A stretch of 21,455 nucleotides of DNA from Octopus sinensis (GCF_006345805.1 NW_021823709.1:1-21455), one strand, 5' to 3'. Shown: positions 1 to 9,865, numbered from the stretch's first letter. Notes: generated by a model from the sequence alone, not told the origin. Made by a program: numbers and translations.

Positions 1-166
1 ATATATAAATATATGTATTAAATTTAAATTTTTGAATTTTATATTTTATATATTTGTATATTATATTAATTATATTAATTAATTATATTAATTAATTTTA
101 TTTCTATGTTTTGGTTTATGTTTTTCAGTGTTTGATTTACCTAATAGTGGTTTTATCTCTAATTTA

Positions 167-207
<41 letters not shown>
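167..207. repeat. (TA)n(GA)n compound microsatellite
   Basis: Direct dinucleotide runs. Confidence 0.95.
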
Positions 208-208
<1 letters not shown>

Positions 209-346
209 TGTAGATTAGAAGAGAAATTTTCTACCTGTTCCTTGTGGCATGTAAGGTGTCCTGTTAGGGGTCACTTCTCTTGTGTATAAATGTACATAAT
301 TTTATTTGAAATATATATAATATATCTATTATATATATATATACCG

Positions 347-475
347 TTATATATATATGTGTGTGTGTGTGTGGGTGTGTATGTGTGCGTGTGTATGTGT
401 ATGTGCGCGTGTGTGTGTGTGTGCGTGTATGCCAACTAAATGTGGCGGTCCTATTGAGGACGGTATTACGTTATT

Positions 476-506
<31 letters not shown>

Positions 507-536
507 TAATACATGTATATATATGTGCGTGTATGT

Positions 537-576
<40 letters not shown>

Positions 577-590
577 TGTATGTGTGTGTG
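347..590. repeat. Compound (TA)n/(TG)n microsatellite region
   Basis: Dinucleotide runs; source of the His/Thr- and Cys/Val-rich spurious ORFs. Confidence 0.9.
431..470 (-). mobile_element. Short terminal fragment of the hammerhead-bearing element family
   Basis: gccaactaaatgtggcggtcctattgaggacg matches gccacctaaatgtggcg(c/g)tcccat..gggacg at 7743-7774. Confidence 0.55.
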
Positions 591-603
591 TCTGCGTTTG
601 TCT

Positions 604-760
604 TGTATGGTGAGAAGTTTGACGAGAGGTTCCGCATGGTTCCGGGTTCAGTCCCATTGCACGGCACCTTGAGCAAATATATTTTACTATAGCCCCACGA
701 ACCGACCAAAGCCTTAGAAATGGACTCGGTAGATGGAAACTGAAAGAATCTTGTTTTAGG
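604..760 (+). mobile_element. Decayed tRNA-derived SINE family A
   Basis: ggttccgggttcagtccc...ggcaccttg...ggaaactgaaagaa aligns to the full copy at 4029-4420. Confidence 0.8.
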
Positions 761-1116
761 TGTGTATACATGCACACACACATGCATTGACATACAAAAG
801 ATATCTGTGTGTATGTGTGTGTGTGTATTTGTTATAAGAATAAGGAGGGTGACAGACACGAAACAATTACGTACGTTTATATTGTAAATGAACTCTGGCT
901 GTTTGACTGAGCGAATTTCACACTCAAAGATCGATATAATCGACAATCACCCTCTCTGAAGTGTATCAACTTTTAACCTTGTTAGAATTCAATACTTACG
1001 TCACTATGCACGCGTGCGTGTGTATATGTATATTCGCACACCTATATATAGGTGTATATATACATATAACTCATGTGGTGTGTATACTCACACATACACG
1101 CTTACTCACACACACA

Positions 1117-1143
1117 CATGATATATATATATATTGTATATAT

Positions 1144-1181
<38 letters not shown>

Positions 1182-1188
1182 GTGTGTG

Positions 1189-1226
<38 letters not shown>

Positions 1227-1312
1227 GGATCTTTCACCCATACACTGGTTGAATACCTTTCTTTCGTTTGTCCATTCATGTGTGTGTGTATGTGTGTATA
1301 TATATATATATA
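1117..1312. repeat. (TA)n-dominated microsatellite cluster
   Basis: Long TA runs. Confidence 0.9.
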
Positions 1313-2197
1313 CAGGGTGCGAGGGGTAAAGTTACGCCGTTTGGTATTTTTAATTTCGCGCATGCGCATTGTTTGATTTTGATTTTGTCAACTACACAGT
1401 ATAGTAGGGTCAGTTGGGCACCGTCCGTGAGGAAAACAGTACCATGACGCAATTCACTCTGCCACAAATTTGGAAACGACATGCTATACTACTTGGCATT
1501 CGTGCCAGAAGCTCCAATACGAGCAGATGGTGACCACACAGAACAACCGTTGGCTTGTCGTGTCCCCAAAACATGTACCGAGAGTGATAAAAATCAAACA
1601 TCCAGTCAACATCATGGTGTTTGGAGTGATCACTAGTGAAGCTGACGTTATGCTTCCATTCATCTTCCCACACGGCCTCAGACTCAACACGGAGGCCTAC
1701 ATCAAGTGCCTGGAAGAGGTAGTGCTGCCCTGGGTCAAGAGGGTGGCTGTTGGAAGACTATCTCTGACCAGAGGACTCTATACCATGCCACACATACAGG
1801 AGAACCCAGTCATGGCTGTCAGACAATTTCTGTGACTACATCACCCATGACATTTGGCCACCTAACTCCCCAGACTTCAACCCCCTTCATTATTATGTGT
1901 GGGGCGCAGTTGAGTGAGAGACCAGCAAAATTCCTTGTAACACCAAAGATGAACTGAAGGCAAGGATCATGACAGCATTCACCAACTTAAACAAGGAAAC
2001 CGTCCAGAAGAGTTGCAAGAGATTCCGAAGTCGTCTGGAGGCCATTGTTGAAGCCAATGGTGGTTTTATCGAATAGATTTACTCTTCAGTATTTCAAGAT
2101 AATTTTACGTAATTTTGGTAAATATATCTGTTAGAATGAGCTGTCAGTACTATTTTCACTTTTGCGTAATGTAATCCGCAGTTCATTCACCGCGCCG
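1313..2197 (+). mobile_element. Internally deleted Tc1/mariner element, DD37D (maT-type)
   Basis: TA at 1311-1312 then CAGGGTG start; degenerate inverted end near 2172-2199; transposase remnant inside. Confidence 0.8.
1444..2076 (+). pseudogene. DD37D transposase pseudogene
   Basis: ATG at 1444 (MTQFTLPQIWKRHAILLGIR) jumps to the catalytic domain: KHPVNIMVFGVITSE, then after a frameshift DSIPCH...WPPNSPDFNPL(H)YYVWG...RFRSRLEAIVEANGGFIE*; 37 residues between D2 and the D3 position (mutated to H); internal stop. Confidence 0.85.
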
Positions 2198-2221
2198 TAA
2201 GGCTTCATTTCCACACACACC

Positions 2222-2590
2222 AGCTTAATTCAATTCGTCCTTAGTCGAAAGACACCTGTTGTTATGTCCTGTTATTATTTTTATTGTATTTGTATTTGTG
2301 TAACATTGTCCGTTTTTTTTCCGTCCTTGTTTTTGTATACATTCGCTGCTTTCTTCCAAGGAATCTAATTGTCTTAGCTTAGTTTTTCCTTGGGGCTGGC
2401 CAGATTGGAGCAATCTCAAGTATAATCAGCCGAAATTGCGAGGATAATCTGGTGCTTGACTGAGAAAAAAAAACTTCGAATGACCCGTCCTTATTTTCTT
2501 TGTATCGTCTATCTGGATGTTTTGTTGTCCCATTTTTGTATCACCTAGCTGTCCGGATGTTTTGCGTTCTTGTCCCATTTTGTATTATAT

Positions 2591-2623
<33 letters not shown>

Positions 2624-2820
2624 GTAATAATATTAGGGAATAAATCCAAACTTACAGGGAAAAATTAGATTTAGGATTAAATCCAATTTTATAGTATAAA
2701 TATATTATATTATATCATATTATATTATATTAAATTAGAGATAAAACCACTATTAGGCAAATCAAACAGTGAAAAACATAAGTCAATACATAAAATTAAT
2801 TTTAAAATATAAAAGGTTTA
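2222..2820. other. Probable interspersed repeat, unclassified
   Basis: Resembles a repeat I recall from octopus DNA; no second copy, termini or coding motif in this window. Confidence 0.3.
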
Positions 2821-2934
2821 ATAAAACTCTTCAAGGCGATGCCCCAGCATCTTAGCACTCCAATGACCGAAAGAAACAATAGAGAAAAGTTAAAAGCACA
2901 AGAGAACTTCTCGGGGGTTGGACCCAATATGAAG

Positions 2935-3365
2935 AGAGTGGCTGAGCCGGTGCGCTGACAGAATCGTTACCGTGCCGGGGAAAAAAGGCCAAGCGTCATT
3001 TGGTCTGTTCTTACGTTCTGAGTTCAAATGCCGCTGAGGTCGACTTTCCCTTTTATCCTTTCGGAGTCGATAACACAAGTTCGATGTAATCAACTAGTCC
3101 CCTCCCCTGAAATTGCTGGCGTTGTGCCAAAACTTGAAACCAATAGGAAGAGACTGACTAAAAGGCGGCGAGTTAGGAGAATCGTTTGGATACCGGACAA
3201 AACGCTCAGCAACATTTCGTCCGTTGTTACCTTCTGAATTCAGATTTGGAGGAGGTCGATTCTGCTTTTCATCGCTTTCGGCATCGAAAAATAAAATAGG
3301 TGCCTGTAGAGCATTGACACCTGCTCCGAACTTACTGGGCTGGTGCCTAAATTTGAAACCAGTAT
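2935..3365 (+). mobile_element. Two tandem old SINE family B-related copies (about 2935-3135 and 3161-3365)
   Basis: ggcggcgag..cagaatcgtt..ttctgagttcaaat..gaggtcgact..tttcatc body; both end in gtgcc.aaa.ttgaaacca.ta. Confidence 0.75.
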
Positions 3366-3557
3366 GGAGGGGCTGACTATTGTTTCGTGTTCCAGGGATT
3401 GAGAGAAAGGATTTGATCAATAGCAAAACTACAACTCGGAGACATCAAGATATCCAGACAAATCAAAATGAAAAACGCTTTACTGCCGAAGAATACGTAG
3501 CTATTAAACGAGTTCCAGAAATGTTAATTATTCACAAATTTCTAAATCTGTTAAATA

Positions 3558-3791
3558 CCTATTTCTTTACTACCCACAAGGGGCTAAACACAGAGAGAAC
3601 AAACAAGGACAGACAAAGGGATTAAGTCGATTACATCGACCCCAGTGCGTAACTGGTACTAAATTTATCGACCCCGAAAGGATGAAAGGCAAGGTCGACC
3701 TCGGCGGAATTTGAACTCAGAACGTAACAGCAGACGAGATACGGCTACGCATTTCACCCGGCGTGCTAACGTTTCTGCCAGCTCGCCGCCT
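3558..3791 (-). mobile_element. SINE family B, full length
   Basis: tRNA-like head with B-box GAGTTCAAATTCC; 15-bp TSD taaatc(t/g)gttaaata at 3543-3557 and 3792-3806. Confidence 0.92.
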
Positions 3792-4028
3792 TAAATCGGT
3801 TAAATATAATTATACACGTGGTGTACCCTGGTGGTTAGATATCGAAGGGGAGGTAATCCCTCCAAGTTTATGTGAATGAAAGATTGGAACTGGGAATTTT
3901 AAATGAAAGAGTGACGGTGTACAGAATTTTTTTTATTTTTACTTGTCTCAGTCACTGTCCTGTGGCCATGCTGGGGCACCGCCTTGAAAGGTTTACTTGT
4001 TTCAGTCATTTGAAACAAAATATTCACA

Positions 4029-4420
4029 GGCGCTGTGTGGTAAGTAGCTTGTTTACCAACCACATGGTTCCGGGTTCAGTCCCACTGCGTGGCACCTTGG
4101 GCAAGTGCCTTCTACTATAGCCCCGGGCCGACCAAAGCCTCGTGAGTGGATTTGGTAGACGGAAACTGAAAGAAGCCCGTCATATATATGTATATATATA
4201 TGTGTGTGTGTGTGTGTTTGTGTGTCTGTGTTTGTCCCCCTAGCATTGCTTGACAACCGATGCTGGTGTGTTTACGTCCCCGTCACTTAGTGGTTCGACA
4301 AAAGAAACCGATAGAATAAGTGCTGGGCTTACAAGGAATAAGTCCCGGGGTCGATTTGCTCGATTAAAGGTGATGCTCCAGCATGGCCGCAGTCAAATTG
4401 ACTGAAACAAGTAAAAGAGA
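4029..4420 (+). mobile_element. SINE family A, near full length
   Basis: tRNA-like head, ggcaccttgggcaagtg body, internal (TA)n(TG)n, tail ending gaaacaagtaaaagag; multiple near-identical copies in window. Confidence 0.92.
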
Positions 4421-5092
4421 AATAAAAAAGAATACCAAACAATCTAAAATATACGTATATACACTAAACATACAGACGTAGGTACATGGCTAAATACATA
4501 TACGGACATATATAGGCAAAAAACATAAATGCATACATACGTACGCACATACACACATACTTATATCGTGCGGGACATAGACATCGGTTTACTTAGATCC
4601 ATATAGTCATACGCACTCCCGTAAAGGGGTTGGCGTGTGTCCTTGCTCTGTACCATACAGGCATCATCGAGCACACACACACACATAAGTACACACACAC
4701 AACACACACACACACACATACACGTACACGCTTATTTTCACGTACATTTGCGCACACACATACATACACATACTTACATATACACCCAGCACCATGCTAA
4801 TAGCTTAGGAGTGAAATTTAGGATTTCTTGGTTTTCTGAGAATCGATTTTGGTAAAACTTTTCCCAGCTTCTTTGCACACTATAGCAACACCATTGTTAT
4901 GTTTTCATTCTACTATGAAACGTCCTTTCTTTTTTTATTTCAGATTCTTCAGTTTTTTGGGTGAACCATGCTAATGCAAGCTTATAGCTTTTGAATGAAA
5001 ATAGCCCACTTAGACATTTTTTTTCAGAAATTGAAGGGTAATGATACATATTAAGCATACATTGAGTATATATTTAATAGAAAACAATAATA

Positions 5093-5481
5093 ATATTAAA
5101 TCTCTGAACGAGATGTAAACAGTAACTGCACGACAATGTAAAGTATACTAGCCATCTCAATATGGCTAACCACTAAGGGTGGGTATTATTGCTTGCAGAC
5201 AGTTTTTCGAAATCAGTGACGAAAAGTTACTGGAAAAACAATAAATAAGGATTTGCAAACGGTCTCCCTTCATCGAAAACCGGTGATTGCCGTACGCTGA
5301 AGACAGGCAAATACCTAGAAACTGCAGGTTGGCGAGAGAGGGATGACCTCCCTTTGCAAATACCATAAGAGCACAGAAAGTGTGCCTAAAGCCAGCTGGA
5401 GACGATGATCTCCTGGGGCTAAAAGCTACAGTAACACCCACCCTTAGTTGTTAGCCATATTGAGATGGCTAGTATACTTTA
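5093..5481 (+). mobile_element. Hammerhead-bearing Penelope-like/retrozyme-like element, copy 1
   Basis: 53-bp inverted repeat with 3 mismatches (5139-5191 / 5429-5481); HHR core CTGAAGA 5297-5303 and GAAA 5318-5321; body homologous to 7676-7950 and 10590-10850. Confidence 0.65.
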
Positions 5482-5517
5482 TAATAATGATATTGTAATA
5501 TTCATTGACATAATAAA

Positions 5518-6570
5518 TTATTTAGTCACATGAGCGACATTTCGACAGAGAACTTCAAAACCTCATCAGTCATGGAATCTGTCAATTTTTTAATAGTAGC
5601 AGGTTGGACTGCTATTGTTGCAGCTTTGATGGTCGACCATAAGACATCCTACGGCGTAAATTGGCGACCATCGCCATAAACATCTTGTTTAATGATGCAT
5701 CAAAGATTTTCGATAGGGTTGAGATCCGGAGATGCTAGCGGCCATACCATCATCCTTTCACCTTGTATGCCGTAAGACCCTAGGAATTTTTGGGTGGTAC
5801 TTGTAGAGCGGGAGGGAGCGTTTTCATGCATGAATACGAGATTGCTTAGAAGTGACAGCCAGGGATCCAAGACCTCCTCCAGGAGATTGCACTAAGCGGT
5901 TGTGGTCACTAAGCGGCGAGCTGGCAGAAACGTTAGCACACCAGGCGAAATGTGTAGCCGTATTTCGTCTGCCGTTAGGTTCTGAGTTCAAATTCCGCCG
6001 AGGTCGCGTTTGCCTTTCATCCTTTCGGGGTCGATTAAATAAGTACCACTCACGCACTGGGGTCGATGTAATCGACTTAATCCGTTTGTCTGTCCTTGTT
6101 TGTCCTCTCTGTATTTAGCCCCTTGTGGGTAGTAAAGAAATAGGTTGTGGTCACTCTCCAATGATACTAGTCCACAACATGACTCATCCACCCCGTTCTT
6201 GACGTCGAAACGTTGGTGATGTTCGTCTCCAAAATAGACCCAAACATTTGCCCAACTGTCAGGTTCGTCAAGGGTCGCCTTGGTTTCGTCAGTGAACAGA
6301 ACACAACTCATGTCTAATGTCATGTACTTTTGGGCCCATTTAAGCCTCAAATTCCTGTAAGAAGGCAGTTTCCAGAGTTCTCGCACGGAAGCCACGGTCT
6401 CGAGGATGCGATTTCTGGTAGTTTTCGGTACATGAGGAAGTCCAGGGGAGGTGAAAATGGCTTTGCTTGTTTGTCCAGGTTCCCCACGTAACTTGCGGCC
6501 AATATTCCTTAAATCCCTGGCTATCACAGTCTTGGGGGTCCACAATCAGATCGTTACTTCCTTGGCACTC
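5518..6570 (-). pseudogene. DD37E transposase pseudogene lacking its N-terminus
   Basis: VLFTDETKATLDEPDSW, RRQERGG*VMLW, FMHENAPS...GIQGERMMVWPLASPDLNPIENL*; 37 residues between D2 (mutated to E) and E; frameshifts, stops and a SINE insertion. Confidence 0.88.
5911..6142 (+). mobile_element. SINE family B inserted into the DD37E transposase
   Basis: 13-bp perfect TSD ggttgtggtcact at 5898-5910 and 6143-6155. Confidence 0.93.
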
Positions 6571-6647
6571 ATGTGGCTAAATAATTCATTATATTAATAA
6601 ATGTTATAATACCATTATGGCTTTTCTGTTAAATATATACACAAAGG

Positions 6648-6956
6648 GTGGAGGCGCGATGGCCCAGTGGTTAGGGCAGCGGACTCACGGTCGTAGGATC
6701 GTGGTTTCGATTCCCAGACCGGGCGTCGTGAGTGTTTATTGAGCGAAAACACCTAAAGCCCACGAGGCTCCGGTAGGGGGTGGTGGCGATCCCTGCTGTA
6801 TTCTTTGGCCACAACTATCTCTCACTCTTTCTTCTGTTGGCCTGTTCACTTAGCCAGCGGGGTGGCGGCATTTGAAGGCTAAAACAGAGCGAAGCGCACT
6901 GTGACCAGGGATGTGTAACAACATCTGATAGCCTGGTCGGTCACGTGATCACGTGA
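6648..6956 (+). mobile_element. SINE family C, tail type 1
   Basis: A-box TGGCCCAGTGG, B-box GGTTTCGATTCCC; ends (TCACGTGA)2; approximate TSD atacac(tc/a)aaag. Confidence 0.88.
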
Positions 6957-7241
6957 TACACTCAAAGTATGCTTGATATGTATCATTAACCGTCAGTTTG
7001 ATTCAAAAGCTATCAGCGTGGTTCACCCAAACACTGAAGAATCTGAAAAAATAAAAAAACGAAAAGACAGTGTACAGAATAATGGGAAGATAAGAATGGT
7101 GTTGCCAGCCAAGAGTGGAAACCAACTGGGAAAGGTTTTATCAAAATCGATTCACAGAAAACCAAGAAATCCTAAATTATACGCCTAAACTATTAGCGTA
7201 GTTCTGGGCGCGTGTATGTACACACACACACATATATATAT

Positions 7242-7664
7242 ACTCTTTTTCTCTCTTTTACTCTTTTACTTGTTTCAGTCATTTGACTGCGGCCATGCTG
7301 GAGCAACGCCTTTAGTCGAGCAACTCGACCTCGGGACTTATTCTTTTTGTAAGCCCAGTATTTATTCTATTGGTATCTTTTGCCGAACTGCTATGTGACG
7401 GGGACGTAAACACACTAGCATCGGTTGTCAAGCAATGCTAGGGGGACAAACACAGACACACAAACACACACACACGCATTTATATATATATACATATATA
7501 CGACAGGCTTCTTTCAGTTTCCGTCTACCAAATCCACTCACAAGGCATTGGTCGGCCCGGGGCTATAACAGAAGACACTTGCCCAAGATGCCACGCAGTG
7601 GGACTGAACCCGGAACCATGTGGTTGGTTAGCATGCTACTTACCACACAGCCACTCCTACGCCT
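7242..7664 (-). mobile_element. SINE family A, full length
   Basis: Reverse complement of the 4029-4420 and 17931-18318 copies. Confidence 0.92.
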
Positions 7665-7675
7665 ATATATATAGC

Positions 7676-7993
7676 AATATTAAATCTCTGAGCAAGAAGG
7701 CAAGAAGTAAACAGTAGCAGCACAGAATCGTGAAGTATATTTGCCACCTAAATGTGGCGCTCCCATATGGGACGATGCTACTGTTCTTTATAGCCCCGGG
7801 AGGACATCTCATCCAGCTGGTTAATGACACACTGTCTGCCCCCGATAAGTATTTGCGAAGGGAAATCTTCGTTCCAATCTCTAGCCTTAGGTGATACACA
7901 CAGACCCGGGTTTCTGAGCAATAACCCGTCATCAGTGTGTAATAATCACCAGCTGACGCATCCCCCATGGGACCGCCACATTTAGGTGGAAAA

Positions 7994-7995
<2 letters not shown>
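7676..7995 (-). mobile_element. Hammerhead-bearing Penelope-like/retrozyme-like element, copy 2
   Basis: 35-bp inverted repeat, 31/35 identical (7738-7772 / 7961-7995); contains an intact HHR core; terminus aatattaaatctctga shared with 5093-5153. Confidence 0.7.
7890..7950 (-). ncRNA. Minimal type I hammerhead ribozyme
   Basis: ggtgat-tat-tacaca CTGATGA cgggttattgctca GAAA cccggg TC tgtgtg-t-atcacc: stems I and II, palindromic stem III ACCCGGGT, GUC cleavage triplet. Confidence 0.82.
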
Positions 7996-8067
<72 letters not shown>

Positions 8068-8095
8068 CCGATCCTTCTATCTATCTATCTATCTG

Positions 8096-8167
<72 letters not shown>

Positions 8168-8170
8168 CCG

Positions 8171-8212
<42 letters not shown>

Positions 8213-8232
8213 ATCTATCTATCTATCTATCG
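7995..8232. repeat. (CTAT)n / GATA tetranucleotide microsatellite
   Basis: About 240 bp of near-perfect CTAT with a few interruptions. Confidence 0.97.
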
Positions 8233-8435
8233 CGGTTCACCTATCGCGGTTTATTATTTAAGCTCACGTCGATGCCTCCGTGGTGTCGTTTTGCATTTAT
8301 AATTAAAAAAATATATACAAATTATAAAAACAATAAAAAATATATACAGACAGTACAGTACTGCTTCTGCTTCGCGGATTTCCACATATCGCGGAGATGG
8401 AATGTATCACCTGCGATAGTCGAGGGATTACCGTA
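8226..8435. mobile_element. Tigger/pogo-like MITE remnant
   Basis: Right end cgatagtcgagggattaccg+TA with tatcgcgg subterminal motifs; left end reduced to tatcgcggttcacctatcgcgg. Confidence 0.55.
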
Positions 8436-8719
8436 ATTACTTCAGTTAAAAATTTAGTAAAGTATTAAGGGTTAATAAGGAACCTAACAGTAAAAGATAT
8501 TAATAATTACAGAATGATTATTATGGGAGCAGAACAGTGTAGAAAACCCCCTATGGTTACCCTGGTTCCAAATGTGTGCCATTTAGAATCTGGGGCAGGA
8601 GTCTATATATATATCAAGAAGCTATGCGAATACAAGCATAGAAGCTCGCGTTCATTAGTATAAATATGTGGTTTGTGGGTGTTTATGGCTGTGTGTATTT
8701 GTATATCATTATGTATGCA

Positions 8720-8976
8720 TACCTTCCTTTACCCCTCTCTCCTCCTTTTTCTCCTTCTACCTCACCCTTCCTCACACCACTGCCTTCTTTACTCCTTTCC
8801 CAAACTACCGCTCTGTCTATTCGTCTTCCCCTCCCCCGCCCTGTTTGTCCGCCTCTTTTTCTCTCCTTTCCGCCCGACTTCTCTCTCTCTTCCTTCTCTT
8901 TCTGTCTGACTCTCTGCAAGAAATCAGCGCTCAAGACGTGAGGGCGATGGACGCCGTCGGATTTAATATGGTCAGT
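8720..8976 (+). promoter_or_regulatory. Long CT-rich tract with GC box, followed by a possible short first exon
   Basis: ccccgccc at 8834-8841; gcgATGg at 8947; ATG|gtcagt donor-like site at 8970/8971. Confidence 0.2.
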
Positions 8977-9054
8977 ATACGAGTGTCATTTATCACGACA
9001 ATGCCTTTACGAGTCCACCAGGAGTTGAGGCTCCAAGAGAGGATATATGTGTGT

Positions 9055-9440
9055 GTGGAGGCGTAATGGCCCAGTGGTTAGGGCAGCGGACTCGCGGTCA
9101 TAGGATCGCGGTTTCGATTCCCAGACCGGGCGTTGTGAGTGTTTATTGAGCGAAAACACCTAAAAGCTCCATGAGGCTCCGGCAGGGATGGTGGTGATCC
9201 CTGCTGTACTCTTCCGCCACAACTTTCTCTCACTCTTACTTCCTGTTTCTGTTGTACCTGTATTTCAAGGGGCCGGCCTTGTCACTCTCTGTGTCACGCT
9301 GAATATCCCCGAGAACTACGTTAAGTGTACACGTGTCTGTGGAGTGCTCAACTACTTACACGTTAATTTCACGAGCAGGCTGTTCCGTTGATTCGGATCA
9401 ACGGGAACCCTCATCGTCGTAACCGACGGAGTGCTTCCAT
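9055..9440 (+). mobile_element. SINE family C, tail type 2
   Basis: Same head as 6648; different 3' half shared with 15104-15475; TSD-like atatgtgtgtgt at 9045-9056 and 9450-9461. Confidence 0.9.
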
Positions 9441-9534
9441 CATCCATCCATATGTGTGTGTGTGTGTGTGTGTTTGTGTGTGTGTGTAGGAATGAAAATT
9501 CTTTGTAGTGTAGAATATGTAATGATAGATATAT

Positions 9535-9865
9535 GTTAGTTAATTTTTGGCTCAAAAAGCAAAAAGCAAGGCCATGTAGGGGGACATGGAGTTATGTACA
9601 GGGTGGTGTTCATGTAAAGAGTTCAGGCCACTTGTGGTCAAGGGAGACTTTGAACCGAGCAGTCGTCGGCATCTTCACCGTCTCGTCCGGCAGCTTATTC
9701 CACGAATCCGCAACCCGGACGGAGAAAGCCCCTCTCCTTCGATTGAGATGAAATCGTCGCAGATAGAGCTTTTCGGAGTGACCCCGCAGCCGACGCTCTG
9801 GAGCAGGAGTGAAGAACAGCTCTTTCGAGAGGTTACACTTTCCGCTTATGATGTTGTGAAGTAAC
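9535..9865 (-). mobile_element. CR1-clade LINE 3' end (5'-truncated)
   Basis: RRLRGHSEKLYLRRFHLNRRRGAFSVRVADSWNKLP...RFKVSLD matches the CR1 ORF2 C-terminal motif; short 3'UTR ending aattaactaac. Confidence 0.85.

Larger units (their letters stand above)
4783..7214 (-). mobile_element. Tc1-like DD37E (TRT-like) element with long imperfect inverted ends, interrupted by three younger insertions
   Basis: TA at 4781-82 and 7215-16; 4783-5095 plus 5482-5535 aligns to the reverse complement of 6958-7214 plus 6565-6645; transposase remnant between. Confidence 0.8.

Noticed and set aside
347-1376. ORFs up to 199 aa (His/Thr, Cys/Val, Ile/Tyr rich)
   Set aside because: Translations of (CA)n, (TG)n and (TA)n microsatellites.
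2400-2500. Possible hammerhead (ctgag...cgaa...gtc)
   Set aside because: Core deviates from CUGANGA/GAAA and stem I cannot form.
5988-6545. 185-aa ORF as a functional gene
   Set aside because: Non-ATG start; a decayed transposase frame that runs on into a SINE.
6648-6725. tRNA genes at SINE heads (also 9055, 12430-12500, 15400-15475, 20140-20213)
   Set aside because: A/B boxes are present but there is no complete cloverleaf, and each continues into a repeated SINE body.
7967-8302. ORFs with YLSI repeats
   Set aside because: Translation of (CTAT)n.
8668-9066. 132-aa hydrophobic, signal-peptide-like ORF
   Set aside because: Composition follows from the CT-rich tract; no recognisable domain.
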